Assembly: GCA_001949185.1 (NCBI GenBank)
Contig: BDGG01000011.1
Location: 264,123-328,122 of the forward strand
Direction of reading: 5' to 3'
Origin: Ramazzottius varieornatus
Lineage: Eukaryota; Animalia; Tardigrada
Length of the DNA stretch: 64,000 nt
Part shown: piece by piece, positions 37,958-52,600 of the stretch
Layout: each line of letters opens with the position of its first letter
How positions within the stretch are numbered: position 1 is the stretch's first letter
Position numbers and translations under genes: made by a program
The notes under the pieces: model-generated
What the model was told of the DNA's origin: nothing
What the model saw: only the letters and a program-made list of their open reading frames with translations
Databases searched by the model: none

Positions 37958-40900
37958 TCAAAATCCCCACTTCTGTTTTTTTCTACGCTGGAATTCTTTT
38001 CATTGGTTCGTTTTGATAAGTCTGAAGGTGGTTTGCATGTACAGCTACTCCAACTCATTCGTTTATTTATTAAAATTAATACCTTAGTAGGCCGCTACGA
38101 GTAGTTTTCACTCATCTAGTTGGGGACACTTCGGCAAGTCGGTTTTAAGCTTTTTTTCCATGGCTTCTTCATGCAAGCGAATAAGTGAGGTAAAATCTTT
38201 GCAAGGTGAAAGAAGCGAAGCTGCCATCATTGGCTCATCAATCTTCATCACAGTTCATGGCGATAGCCGCACCGATAACCACATGTTTTTCATGCCGAAC
38301 TTATCAGTAATTTCATCTTGACGAGCGTCGTAAAATAAGTCGAAGCCGCTCATAAGTACGGCTACAACACTTGGCTGAGCTTCAGCTCCAGACATCTTCA
38401 CCCCATAAGTTTCCTCCTCACGAAGGAGGCAAATCTCCCGGTGGCGACCCCTATGGTGCTAAATTCTCCTCTGCATATTTATTCGGAGTGTACCCGAGTG
38501 AGGCGATATTGTCTATTGCGAATATTGGTTTATTCTCCCGGCAAAGTTTGTGCGACATGGGCAAAGCATCGGTTTGATGATCGAGAAAATATTTAGAAAT
38601 GGCGGCCACTGCAGCCTTAAGAACACATTGCTAACAAAGCGTGATATTATGCCTACTGAATGGCGCCAGTGTGCGAAGCGCGAAAAGAAGATGCAGCTGA
38701 ACAAGTGCGCCACTTGACATCACTTTTGTTGTAATGACTAGCGACATGTTGGCCATGTTTCAAATGCTGCAGATGATGCGGTGGCCGCAGGCAGCCACTA
38801 TATCATGTCGCCATAATCTTCACGAGACATTGATATTAACGATCATCACCATCACGTCTTCTGTAAGGTTACGCACCCAACCATCTTGCCGTTCTGCTCG
38901 ACTTCTTCAACACCGAATAAATAATGGTCGTACTGGCGAATGTCTTCAAGAGGAATTTCGTGACCTGGACAGAATGAGGATCGTCTGCCGATAACAAGGA
39001 AGTGCCGCTGAAATTTGTGGAATGTACTCAAATATTGTGGTCACATGGAATGCTCTGAATCAACAGGGTCGCATTCCATATTCTGTCCGTTACTATGCGT
39101 ACACAAATGTGAAATAAAAAAAATACCGTACTGTTCTAGAATGACTCCCGGGAAAAGTGTACGTTTACGAATAACGGTGCGAGAAGAATTTCCATACAGG
39201 CGCGGTTTATGGAAGGTACAACGTTTTTGTGTGCTCGTTGACGCGTATCGAACTCAAACTCCCGTGGTGAAGACAATATGGCTTCTCATGCGTAAATTCT
39301 CGTGAGATTGAAGGACTCTTCATTCGAAAGGCATTCCAAGCGTAACATCTGGATTAACGCATTTATAGAGCTATACTGTGCCAGAGGAATGCTGGCAGGA
39401 ACCCGACCCGTATGGCCGCAACTCGAGCTCGGATCACAGTTACGAGGAGAAAGTTTAACGATGTCGCATCATTTTAATTACGCCATTTGCGGTCGAATGG
39501 CGTTATCATCTCATGAATTCGAAGATCGATGAAATGGATGTCCTGCTGAGCTCGAAAATTTTACCAACACAAAAGCGCGTGAAGATCCACCTGCACTGGT
39601 TTATGTGCACGAAGCAAACAGATAAGCTGGCTCGCCAATAGGCGGCGCATTTCCATCTTGTGTATCTTTTGACAGCAAAATTATTGGCGAGATAAGCACC
39701 GTTAGCAGCATCACGAAGGGATAAGAATGCCGGTCAGGACTTGGTTGACTCTGGCTAAACGGAAGCGTTTTCCTTCTTATCAGTAGAAGCTTCTGGCTGG
39801 TTTGATATGCGGCTACGGTTAGTGCGCATGCCGATAGTGGTAGAGGCGTATTTCCGCCTGTCGCTTCCACAAAGCTAATTTCCTTTTCACGGCCTGCGTG
39901 GCGGTCTCCCTTCAAATGGTAGGATAACAACAACTGTCTTTTCATCGATCGGCGCAACCTTGCCGCATGTGATCTTTTCCTAATTGACTCTTAGCGTTTA
40001 CTTTTGCATATCCGCAAATCGATCCTGCTCTTTGTTCGGTGAACTGGGCATCGGAACGCTTGCTGGGGGGGGGGGTGAAAGTATCAAAGACAGTATAGCG
40101 ATGCTTTAGGAGCACTGTGATGGAATGATGCGCTGTTTCAGCACTGCGGACATTTCTGATTTCCGTGTAGTCTGGATTGTTTACCTCATGGTCCACTTGC
40201 TCAAGCTGGATGAGCTCAAGATTTAGAAGGTCATATCGATCTTAATTGAAACATAACACCAAGTTGAACTTGAACTGTGACCAGTCGCCTCTTCTCTGAC
40301 TTTATACGCCATCACCTTTTGACCTGTTTCTTCTCTCTCAGAGTTTGGAAGCAACAGCGAGGATCAGATCACTTTCCCATCCATCAACATTGTGTGAAAT
40401 ATATTGGGCCATCGTTTACTTTTGATCCTTATTTCCTGATTGCCAGTTGACTTTCGCACTTGCCATGCGATCCTCCAACTGGCTGGCGTTACTGTATATT
40501 AATATTTCCAAACTTTATACAGTTGGCTAATCGAAGCGTTCCTGCATGTGCGTTCGATGGCCAGATATTAAAATCACGTTATATCGGTCTCACACATCTT
40601 TCCTACTGTTTGCCTTCCAGGCTGCAAAAAACGAGGCAGCTGCATTCCGTTGAGCGATTTTGTAATTACAATGTTCTTGCTCCTGAAAGACACGCATCGA
40701 TGACGGATGACTATCAATGGCTGTTGAGCGTGTTGCTAAAGTAAAAGGAGGACGATCTTGCCGTGCTTTGCGAGGCTTTGCCACACCTTCTTTTTGCTCT
40801 AGCATTTTGTACCACTGCAAATCGCCATTATTGCCGCCAGCGACGTAGCATTCAAACCATACTTCTACGGGCTGCCATTCAATATTTCGCCGCTGATGGA

Positions 40901-41224
40901 ATATATCTCGCTCAACGTCAAGATATCATGGTTGACTTGATGAATGGTGGTGGCTTATCGGCGTAGCCCATGTCTGCTCTCCCATATCGTTGTTGTTGCC
41001 TTCCGCAAGAAATTCATAATCAAATTATAATCAACCTCCTGTGTCAACGTGCCATGTTCACCCACCGGAAGCTCACTCGACACCTAATAAACCTAACATC
41101 TGATGCGGAATAAGGAGCGCCAGATTACTGAGGAGCGAATTGTTGCGGCACACTGAATTTTATCTTTGCACAGTTTCTGTTTCACTTCCGTGTTCGGGTT
41201 ATCCCCGCGACATAAGTCTTTCCG

Positions 41225-44200
41225 ATGGTTTTGATGGCTGGCCCGCGCAAATCCCTTCCCGGTCTGCACGACCATGCTTTGCATGGACATCGCAGTGAGG
41301 AGTCCATGCCGCTGAGCGAATCTGCGCTACTAGAGGACTCCCCTGTCCACATGAGCTCGCTGCGGACTCATGATGACCAGACACCGTCCATCCACACTAC
41401 GGCCACCACGGCCAGCACAGACTCCGCCGACATCGGTGAAATCTTACCAGACAATCTCCAACACGAACCCTTACCCCATCCCACTACCGGTTTGCTCAAT
41501 CATGGATGGGATTCCCCTACATTCTTGGGCCTCAGACCGAAAACCTCAAAGAAGGGTATGTCGAAAAAACCCAGTCACTTCTACCGATTGAATGATTAAG
41601 TCGGGTCTTCAGACTGGCCATGGAAACTACTTCAAGTGTGTTTTACCGGCTGGGAAGACGACCAGGCTAGCTCATCTGGAGGAAATACTGTCCAACTCGT
41701 AACAAGGTATGTGTAGGAAATAACTGTCGGCCTTTTAGGCGGGTCAAATTTCCGGCTGTATCTTCGACGGCACCGGACTTTCCTAGTCTCCGTCTCCTTG
41801 TGTCTACTAGCCTGGATAATATTCACCGTTGTAACGTTGTATACCTTGGCGAACCTACAAGCTCAGTGGCACAGGCAACTTGAGCTAGCTTCGTCGCAAT
41901 GCCCATGTCTTCCAGGCACCCTTGATTCCGGTACAGTATCCTCATTTAATATCTCATTTGCTTAGCCGGTTGTCTCCGCGTGAAGTCCTTCAGGGCCCAT
42001 GATGGTGTTATTTCCTTGACAGGCCGCAAGCAGAATGAAGTCGACAGGCTCACCAGTAATAACTGTAATTGCACAAAGGCTTCCAGCGCTGCTCCTACAG
42101 CTATAATACCCATGGATGAGAAAAAGGATAAGGAACCGGAAGTATGCACCACCTTCCAATGCGTTACCACAGGTTGGTGCGACGTGCCGTACATTATTCC
42201 TACATTAGCCCTGAAATATCACTACGTAAACCGCTAAATTTGGAATTTTCTTGTTACGATTTCCTGTAATCCGAAACTCTAACCAGAGAGTCTAAATCAT
42301 CACTTCGGTTTGCTCCTGTACTGGACAGGAAGATAAAAATGTTGCCGTTTATAACACAAGTGCTCGTAGATGTGCCACTGCAAAAGTTCGCTGCGTCCGC
42401 GCATCACGTTATTGTACACGTCAAGTACAACGACGGTCCGGCTTTACTGCCTGCTCAATGCCCCACGGGGGTGCATCGTGACTTACGCGCACGTACTGGG
42501 CGGACGCAACGAGAGTTTGCAGTATTTTCCGTGGTAATTTTTGTTTGTCATTAATCGTGTGTTAACCAAAGCTTTTGCCACAAGCTGGAAACTGCCTCTT
42601 GACAGCTCGTCTTCTGAATTGCATGTTAATGACGCACTGAAGCACGGACGATAATTTAATTATATTATAACGATAATGCATTGAGGCGTCAACATTAGGG
42701 CGGCAGTCAATCGTGTATATAGGATAAACAGCTGACACTACTGTATGTCAGTTGTTTCTGTCAACAAAGCCGTTGTTCCTGCAAATCTCCCCCGTGCATC
42801 CCTTCGCACACTCGGATGCATTCTTAGCGGTTGTTTGTCGCATGAAAGTGACAGGTGTCAAGCGCAGACGGCAACAAACAACTGACATGTGCAGCCATCG
42901 ACGATGAATCGCATAGAAGCTGATTTACACAACCATTGGAAATAGAGCTGTTGAAAGGACAATGACGTTGTCTGTCTTCTGTAGCGGCGCGTTTAATTTC
43001 CGCAATGGATTTCAACGTCGATCCCTGTGAAGACTTCTTCAACTACGCCTGCGCCAACTGGAATAAAGAGCACATTATCCCCGATGATCGCACATCCATT
43101 TCCACATTTGAAGTTATGGCCGATAAACTACAGATTCAACTACGACGTACGCCAAAATCATATGTCACTAATTACACTTTCAGATAAAAACCACTAGTGA
43201 TATTCAGGTCTTCTCGAGGACACATCACAGAATGGAAAGGTGCAAGACAATTCCACCAAGCTGACATCGCAAAACATTTCCGGAGACGCCATGAAAAAGG
43301 CGAAGGTGCGATAACTCATCAGCTAAGAATAGCCTTCCTCCACGCTCTTAGAGAAGTGTAAAAAATTGGTTCTCTGTACGCTCCTCCAGTGTAAACTACG
43401 GGACGGAGAACAAAAAGCAACAGGCCTTCCAGAGAAAGTAACTTGCGCTTTTCAGAATCGAAACGAGAACGCTTTTTCCAGGTGCTATTTGCCTCCTGTA
43501 TGAACGTCACTCAGATTGAGGTACAGGGCGATCAACCCTTACGGGACCTAATGCGGTCTTACGGACACTGGCCAGTAGCCACTTCCTTGTCCTCCATCCG
43601 CACTACCACCACCCCCATCAGCACGAACCCAGGTCCTTCTCAGTCTTCTCTTCCAGCCACCAACATGTCCGTGGAGGAGCTGCTGGCTTCCATCCACCGC
43701 GACCTCAATATTGTCATTGTCATTGATCAATGGGTTGGGCCGGATGATAAAGACTCGGAAAAACACATTCTACAGGTGAGGTGTATCTGTGAACTGTTAT
43801 TGTTACTTCCGTCTCACTTTGTCCATCATTGAGCAGATTGACCAGCCAGATTTCGCTCTGCCCAGTCGTGATCATTACGTTAATCCGCAATGGGCCAAAG
43901 ACTTGGAAGCCTATCTGCAATACATGGTCGACATTGCCGCCATCTTTGGACGCAATAGTGAGACCAGCAGTGGACGAGTGGATAAAACCATCCGACGGGA
44001 ACTACGCCAAGCACTTCAGCTGGAGATTGATCTGGCCAATGTACGCAAGCATCAATAACAGCGTCGAGCAACCGTAGAAAAATGCGCTGTTTGGGATTGC
44101 GAGACACCTGCTAAATGGAAAAACGCTTATTATCGACTCCGAAAGAACGATATTGAAATATCAGTAACGCAAGCAGATAGGTTATCCACGCCGTTCAGCC

Positions 44201-47133
44201 TTGTTTCCCTTAACGCTGCATCAGAAGAAAAATGAGAGCTGAGCAAACAAACTCGGCGTGATCAATTTGAGAAGCGGCGCACGCTCTTCGCTAGTTTTTC
44301 TGAAACCGTGCGCCACTTGGGAAAGCTCGATATGATCGATCACCGAACTGGCGCACTTGCCCAGCCAATAATACTCGAAACGTGCGCCACTTCAAAAATC
44401 ATCGTTGCCGAGTTTGTTCGCCGATCTCCCAAAAGCCTAGTTGCAATATCGGAAAATCCTGAGCTAGGTTATGATATTCCACAGGCTAGTTCACCCGAGT
44501 CAGAGCGTCAAGCAACCCGTAGCGCTCTGTACAACAAGATGACACTCGTCGAACTCCAACAAGAAACGCCCTCATTCAACTGGAGCCTATACTTCCGGAC
44601 CTTGTTAGGCTATTCCCTTAACTCAACCGAACCTATCGTGGCTTACGGTTTACCCTACCTGAAATCCGCCACCACCATTATCCGGAGGTACACCCGCCGG
44701 CAATTATGGAACTATGCATTGTGGAGAGTGGCCATGGAGTTGGTCCCCCACCTGTCGTCAGCATACCTGGAAGCCCGCGCTAACTTTCACAAGGTCCTGA
44801 TGGGCGTATCCCAGCAGCGGGCTAGATGGCAGCAGTGCATCGACTTTGTTAATGAGAAGATGGGCATGGCTACTGGCGCCCTCTTCATCCGTGAACATTT
44901 TAACCAACAGAGCAAGGACAAGGTACTTCCCCCTCTGAAACTCCATTCTATTAGCTTTCGCGTTTCCGTTTGATGAACGGTTTTTCAATAGGCGCTGGAA
45001 ATGATTCACATGATTCGGGAATCCTTCATCGAAATGGTTGATGAACAGACTTGGATGGAATCTGAAACGTCAAACAAGGCCCGAGAAAAGGTAGCGTGTT
45101 TTCGACATTGGAGGCTTCTGGTGTTCCCTGACTAAAATTTACCGGATCCTGCATCAGCACAATGATTGGGACACTCGGAACCCAGAAGGAAAAGCGCTGT
45201 TATGACCAGTTGAAATTTTTTAACCTTGGCGAATTTCTGCTGCCGAAGTCTCATTTCGTCTCTTGAAAAATTTAGGGTTCTGTAGTAATCGTCTGCTGCT
45301 TTTCAGGCTCAATTTATGAATGAGAAAATTGGATATCCCAACTTTTTGCTGAATACAACCGCACTCAACAAGGAATACGAAGCTGTAAGCCACCTGTTGC
45401 ACTACGCTTGAATTCAAACTTACAGAGCTGAAGCTTTGCCTGATTACAGCTGATCGTAACCGACGACGTCTTCGTGGTCAACGTCGCCCGCATATTAGGC
45501 TATCAGTCCAAGAAAAACGTCGACCGATTACGCCAACCTGTGGACGCTGAAAGGTACGAGATATTTTTCCGAAAAGAAGAAAAATTGACCCCCTGATTGA
45601 GTACCGGCTGAATACGCAGGTGGACAACGAGTGGGCCAGCCATCGTCAACGCTTTTTACAACCCGAACAAGAATGATATTGGTAAGGGCAAACTGTTCCG
45701 TGAATCATCTGATTTCCCCGCAAGTGCGCGGACCGCTTCCTCTGTTGCAGTTTTCCCAGCTGGTATTTTGCAGCCGCCCTTTTACAGCGCTTCATATCCA
45801 CGGTGAGTTCCTCTCGAAAATATTTACGTCCTGCCGAGATTTTCTGCAGGAAGAAGATTGCATGTACTCGACTTGGTTATCAACGTATATTAACGTATCT
45901 TAACGGATCGGGTTTTAGATCAATGAATTTCGGCGGTATTGGAGTTGTGGTCGGCCACGAAATATCCCACGGCTTTGATATGAAAGGTAACGTGAAGAAC
46001 CATGTAGTACATTCAAGTGCATATATACGGAGATACTGTATATGTTGCAGGCCGGCAGTTCGATCGATACGGTAACCTGAAAGAATGGTGGAACAACGTT
46101 ACCGCCGAGGCCTTCTACCGCAAAGCTGAATGCTTCGTGGACCAGTACTCGCAGTACATCGTCGACGAAGTCGGCCTCCATGTAAGTTCTAGAAAAGACC
46201 CAATGCCACGGGTAGTTAACCCCCATGAGACCCCGCATTTCTCTACCTTCGGCCATTACTTCTCATGGGTATTCAATCATTCATCAATTAACAATACCTT
46301 CTGTTTTTATTGCAGGTGGATGGCCGACTGACACTGGGAGAGAACATTGCCGATAATGGTGGGCTAAAGCAAGCCTATCGGGTACGTTGGCTGTTCCTGC
46401 TCTGCACGTCGGAAGATTTTGGACCGGTTGACCTGGGTGGTTGGTTTTCCTTGCAGGCCTATCATCGATGGGTTGCTCGTAATGGGGCGGAAGAACGCCT
46501 GCCCGGTTCCAATTTGACGCATGATCAACTCTTCTTTCTCAACTATGCCCAGATCTGGTGCGGCTCTATGCGCATCCAAGATGCTATGAACAAGATCTCG
46601 GCTTCCGTCCACAGCCCAGGACCCATCAGGTAGCACAGTCTGCTCGCTCGACATCCGTACATAATTACTTCGGTTTCAATTTGAAGCCTGCTAAATATTC
46701 AGCACACAGCAAGCCAGGCTAAAGGTCCAAATTACATAACACATGCATCACACCACGCTATGACTGATGTGATCCGTCGCACGCACTTGGCTGCAGTGGC
46801 CATGGCCAGCAGTATTGAAAGCTTCGAATAGGTTCTGTATTTGAAATCGTACAACTGTGTACGGATTTCGGGCGAGCGGGCTGTAGATTTTGAGTGCCTT
46901 TGAGAAGAACTGAATCAAGCGTCAAGGCTGGCACCAATAGGCTGTCACAAAACTAACCTTCGGTGAAGGCACTCTTTACTAACTTAAGTATGTATCAAGT
47001 ATTTATACATGGCAATGTCGTTGTCAGGGTTCTTGGACCGTTGTCCAACATGCCGGAATTCTCCAAGGCATTCAGTTGTCCTGCCGGTAGCCGCTATAAT
47101 CAGCCCGCTCACAGGCAATGCTCATTATGGTGA
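41225..47133 (+). CDS. Neprilysin / M13 zinc metallopeptidase (type II membrane protein, Nep1-like), multi-exon
   Basis: TM segment [22 protein letters not shown]; EVCTTFQCV; [19 protein letters not shown]; [12 protein letters not shown]; GHEISHGFD (HExxH); ENIADNGG; VHSPG; ends CSLW*. The start codon is uncertain (41225, 41234 or 41306). Confidence 0.95.
44260..44403. repeat. Fixed-spacer palindrome family, tandem pair with 74-bp period (neprilysin intron 44041-44484)
   Basis: gaagcggcgcacg-N23-cgtgcgccacttggg then cgaactggcgcact-N23-cgtgcgccacttca. Confidence 0.9.
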
Positions 47134-49614
47134 CTCACTACGCTTCTTCTCCTCCTTGTTCTGCACCAATGGAATTTTCTCTATCGAGCTACTACCAAGA
47201 ATGTGCAGCTCTATTGACAGTCTTCAATGGTAGTGGACAAATTTTGTACTTGTCAAATCTAATGTAAAAACTTATTCGTCAAACCAAAGTTCTGTTTTTT
47301 TCTGCCAGAGCTCTTCTTTCTGGTATTTGTTTTATGACTTTTCATCCCGGTTACAGATTCTTCGCACAGCCATTACTGTATATCAGAAGAAAAATGGATC
47401 CGGTTGTGCTTGATTAAGACAGATGTTAATTTTTAATCCCTGCGTGTACATTGAATGCAGACATCTCTGCACGCAGGCTGCTCGAAAATCTATCCCAAGC
47501 GGTAGGCGTCGATTCAAGGCTGGGCTTCAACAGTTAGCGACTAGTGTGCTGGGAATAAAGGGGGCACGAAATTTGGGTATCTTGCATGGTGTAAAGCAAG
47601 AGTCATCAAGAGTGTTGTTCAACGAGCCATTCATCCGGAAAGGTGGCATGCTATCGTGACAATGAAGTTCTTAACTTCAGTAATCAACATCCCCGGCATG
47701 TAATGCGCAACGTCACTCGTCAAAATGAAGAGATGGGTGTGAACAGACGCGGCCATGCGAGACCGCCATGTCGGAATTTGCCCATCTTCCTCACTCCCAC
47801 GTTGTAAACACGGAACTAAGCTTTCCAAGCAGACTTCGAAGCTCAAGTGCTGCCGAAAGTTAGTGCAGCCATGACGTTACATTGCGGGCGTTATCTCATG
47901 TAGCCAGTCTACGTCTGCAGAAGTGGGACCAGGTTACCAGGAAAACGTATACCTGTGGCTTCTTAATATCATACGACAGCTCACAAGGGGATTATTCCAA
48001 TCCTTCGCCGCCTCTAATCCCCAAACTGACAACACAGGTGGAAAGGAGAGAGTCTCTTCCACAATCTAAGCCGAAAACCTAGTCATCGTACCGTTCCTGT
48101 AAGAAACTGCGGGAGGCCGAAGTAAAGAACATTCGACTGAACCAGCACAATCAGCCTTGAGGTCCATTCTATAACGACTGAGTTTTCGTCTTCAGTAATC
48201 AACATCCCTCCGCAACATTAAGAGTTGGGGGGAAGGGGGTGTCGCATGACAGGTTGGTTTTCTCGGTGTTCGGTCGCACTCGCCCGGCCTTCCCAGTGGT
48301 TGGAACCACTAGCTAATTACACTACGAGGGAAGGGTTGTAAGAATAGCTATCCCATACCGGGTCTGTAAAGTTAGCCGTCCAAGTTCGCCTGTTCTCTCC
48401 TGCTTACTCCCAATGATTTATGGATAGATCGATAGATCGATAGATGAAATAATGGGCTATCGAATGATTTTAGGTACAGTCAACGTGAAGATTCGAAGAA
48501 TCCAAGAGATCCGCAATTAAGAAACGTTGAATCCCATGTTGAAAAGCGAAGACTGACAATCAAACGGTCAATCAAGCGGAAGACGCTACAGCCGTGGCTA
48601 ACTTTACAAACCCGGTATGGGGCGGCTAAGTTTACGACCTTTACCTTGTACTGTTTATGCGTCTGTAATTCGCTGTGCGACATTCTTACTTGTCAAACCT
48701 AGTACCTCGATTCAGGCCACAGTGACGTCACCACCGCGGGAAGATCTGTCCACTTTTCCCGCCCTTCATGGCTCTATCTGCAGCAGCAGACCTGTATACA
48801 ATTTTCTGTTGAAATGTTTTTGTTTGGTGCAGTCTTTCCTTATGTAATGTGGATAAGACCTCCCCGTCGTTTGAAAGGGTGAGCATAGATTAAGGCTATC
48901 ATCTGAGCAGCGGGAGGTGTGGATTCGTTGACTGGAGCAACAAAACTCAGTGGAATAACAGACCTCCACCGCGGCTCTCTGGAGAGTTGATGTTATTATT
49001 TTTCTTGAATTAGACTGTTTGCCACCGAGCGCCGCTGGATGATTGTTCGAGCTTGCGGCTGGGTAGCTCTCTATAATTTGGATGGAGGTTGTCAAACAGC
49101 TGACCTTCAAGTCCTTAAATACCCAGCATGACAGTCTGAATGATGGGTATGCAGATTTGACTTTAATCGTGCGCGTCATAATTACTCAGATGCACCATAG
49201 CCAAAGGGAGACCTAGACAGCTATCATTCCCGCGTTCCACTGTACGTGCCAGCACCAGTGTACTCTTCCCGCGGCTGCCGCAGGTTCGCTGGATTGGCTT
49301 GCCCGCAAGCATACTTCCTCGCGTACCACGCAACCCGCCCTTCTCATTATGGACCGCATTACGCTCCGACACCCATCATTCCATCCCATTTCATTAAGAT
49401 AACTTTTCACGTTGTACCCGTCGGCGTGTGGTGCCTCTCAGCTTCCACACTATCTTGTGATTGTTTCTCCCACTACGTTTCGGGAATTCTTTCAGTTCGA
49501 GTCATAATGTACATCGCTAATACTGTGCGAACATTGATTCTTCGAACGCATATCTGGACAGACCTAAGCTTCCTACATTGCGAGGAGCGGGAACACGGAG
49601 GTTGAGGGGCTTGG

Positions 49615-52600
49615 ATGGTTCGAGATGATGCAATGAATGTGGATGTTTCAGATTTCAGTCCGCCCAGAAAACAAAAATTCAACGACTCTTTTGACGTCGA
49701 CCTGTTAAAAATGACCACGTCTACCTTCACTGAGAGTCCTTCCTCTCAGCACGACCCATCTTTGTCCAACAATGCTTTCCGTCCCTGCGAGGCACTCCAT
49801 CAAAATTGGACATCGCCTATCGAGGAAATTGCCACCTTCATCACGACGTACAACCCTCATTACTTCACCAACCGACCGTGGATCATTAGGTGCGTACGTA
49901 CCTCATCACCATCATTTTCAAGTACATCGTTCCAACATCTGCGCAAGTTAGTACTTCAAACTGAACGTTACTCCTCTTTATCAGTGGTCTGTTCCTGCTG
50001 GCCGTAATTGGGTTGGTGGCCAACTGTGCGGTCATCTGCTACATAGCCTGCCTGAAACGTGCTGGCCACATGTCGGCCTTGAACTTGCTGGTTCTCCAGC
50101 TGGCCGTGGCCGATACCCTAGTCTGCCTCTTCTGTCTTCTGGCCGACGCCATCTGGAACATCACCATGAAATGGAATGGCAGCACTGAACTTTGCCGGTT
50201 CGTCAAGTTCATGCAAATGTTCAGGTACATGCATCAGCACCTTCTGAGCCATTCGCGGTTTGGCCTTGTAAAAGCAATTAGTGACAAGTGAGACGCCCAC
50301 GATTTTTTCTCGGCCCATCCAGGGCAGTGTTCCGACCTTCACCGAAATTAGTCTATCCTCACTTGCCAGATTGGCGCTAATTTACATATGGTTAAAAGAA
50401 AATACCAGGCAGTTACCGCAATTTAGGGGCCAGTAGGCTGATTTAATTATGATAAGATTCCATTTGAGATTTGCCCAATATTTCCCTTTTGCACACATGC
50501 AACGGCTGGCTGGCAAATTGCACCACCGTTGCTTCACGCTACGGGTTCATGTGGACGGATTACTTCCGTTTCCGGCAGCCCTTTCACGCTTCGGCTTTCG
50601 CAGAGGACGACTCTTTTGAAGAGCGGATTTCTGGCCTAAAATGCCTGCACCCTCCGTCTTGACAAACCAAATCTCCACTCTGAAGGACACACACTCTGCA
50701 CTTCGTCCCTATAAGCTTTCTCACAAAGCCCATGAAACGCAGTTGAGTTCACTTTTGAACAAACCCGAACACTCTCCAAGAGATAAGAGGAACGATGGAG
50801 AGAAAGGAACTGATCTGAAAAGCAGAGATGTAAATCTGGATAGTCGCCTGTCTCCTCGTGTTATCAAGGAGGTTTCCTATCTGCAGAAGCATCTGCTCGA
50901 TCCTGTTGGTAAAGTAGCCGGAAGTGAGTCGATGTTGAAGTGATGGTGATGAGCACGAATGTCGTGCCGGATGACGCCTTAATTCTTCGAGAGAGCAGAG
51001 TGCTAACTTAATTAGTCCGTTGTTGTCTTCTTCTGGACATTAGTGTGGTAGGACATTCCTAGAACATTTACGAGAGACATTTAATTGAGGGTACACCTAG
51101 ATTGAGTAACTTCCCTTTCGCTCATAATCGATTACCGTCCTCCGTTGCACGACATTATATAATATTAGCCTCGATTACCAGTTACGGAGGTTACGCCTCT
51201 ACAAGGGATTCGACATCCAAGAACCAGGAAGCGACATCGTTGCGTCATTTTGAACGAAGATTGATAATTAATTTTCCTAGTTGTCTATTACACGACGCCT
51301 TGTTGCAGTTTATACGCTTCCACCATGATCCTGACAGGAATGACCGTGGAGCGTTGCATTAACGTGACTTATCCCTTGTCCTTATCGCGCGCAGATGCTG
51401 CGCTTTCACGTTCTCGCATCATCTCCGTCGCCGCTTGGCTTCTCGCCGCCCTTTGCAGTATTCCTCAAGTACGAAGAGAGCAGTCACATTCAACTGTTGA
51501 GATGAGAGCCTCCCAACACGAAAGCTTGCCAGAAACTAAATTCATACGTTTCTCTGTCGTTCAGGCAATCATCTTCCACGTGGAAAGAGCCCCCACCTGC
51601 ACGGACTTTCACCAGGTAGGAATATTATTTTTCCTTCCACGAACTAAACCTCAATTGAATCGCAAAACAAATTCATTTTGACAAACCTTTTGAAGAATAA
51701 AAGGGAACGTGGGACGTGGGAAAGGATTCACCCAGATCGTATCCCCAAGTGGCGCACGCCCACCGCAGTAACAAGGAGAATGTGCGTCACTTGGGACAAC
51801 GATCTGAGCGAGACCGTCTGACAACTTCCCAAAGAAGAAATTACGAAAAATAAAAATTATAAGACAGAATTTAAAGCTATGAAAGAAAATGAATACATAG
51901 TGATATGAAAATTGATATGTTCTTTTCTGTAGTGCGTTACGCACGGAGCCTACAGTTCCCGACTTCAAGAAGTGGCCTACACCATGTCGACGTTGTGCAT
52001 AATGTTCGTTATTCCTCTCATCATCTTTGCGGCTTGCTTCATCATCTTCTTGAAGACGTCCCAAGAATCCCGGATTGCGCTAGGTATTTACTGAGTTTAG
52101 TCCTATTCAATGCATGCTTCACCCATCAGCGACCAACGCTGGTCAAATGGCTGATCGAATTACCCTCGATCACAAAAAGTCCCACAATCCGTAAGGTTCA
52201 AATGCCCTTATCGGTTACACGCACGATGAGAAATTACGGGCCAGGTCTTTTCGCTACAGCGGTACGGAAGCACGTACGTAACTTGATTGAATTTCCATGC
52301 TGCTATCTTTCCCATAATTTCTCGTCGTGGTGTACGAGGTACTGTCAAACAACAAAGGGGCAAACAAAACAGGCAGGATTAATTTTTCCGATATTGACTG
52401 CGGTAAGCTATATTGATGAATGGAAGGTCTCGGAAGGGATCTTTAAATGCCGTAATTCCCAAATCCAAGCATAACGCTAAGTAATGCCCAAAACCAAACG
52501 CAACACTAAAATTGTGGAAATGCCTCCTCGAATACGAAAAACTGTGTAGATGAAAAGCTGGAAGAACACAATAAAATCTTGGTACTTTTAAAAATCTGAA

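Noticed and set aside
38667-38718. Intergenic copy of the fixed-spacer palindrome
   Set aside because: Only the right arm (agtgcgccacttga) is convincing, so it was not counted as a full unit.
47675-48208. 19-bp direct repeat cttcagtaatcaacatccc at 47675 and 48190 as LTR or element boundaries
   Set aside because: Too short, with no TG...CA ends or TSD and no coding content between the copies.
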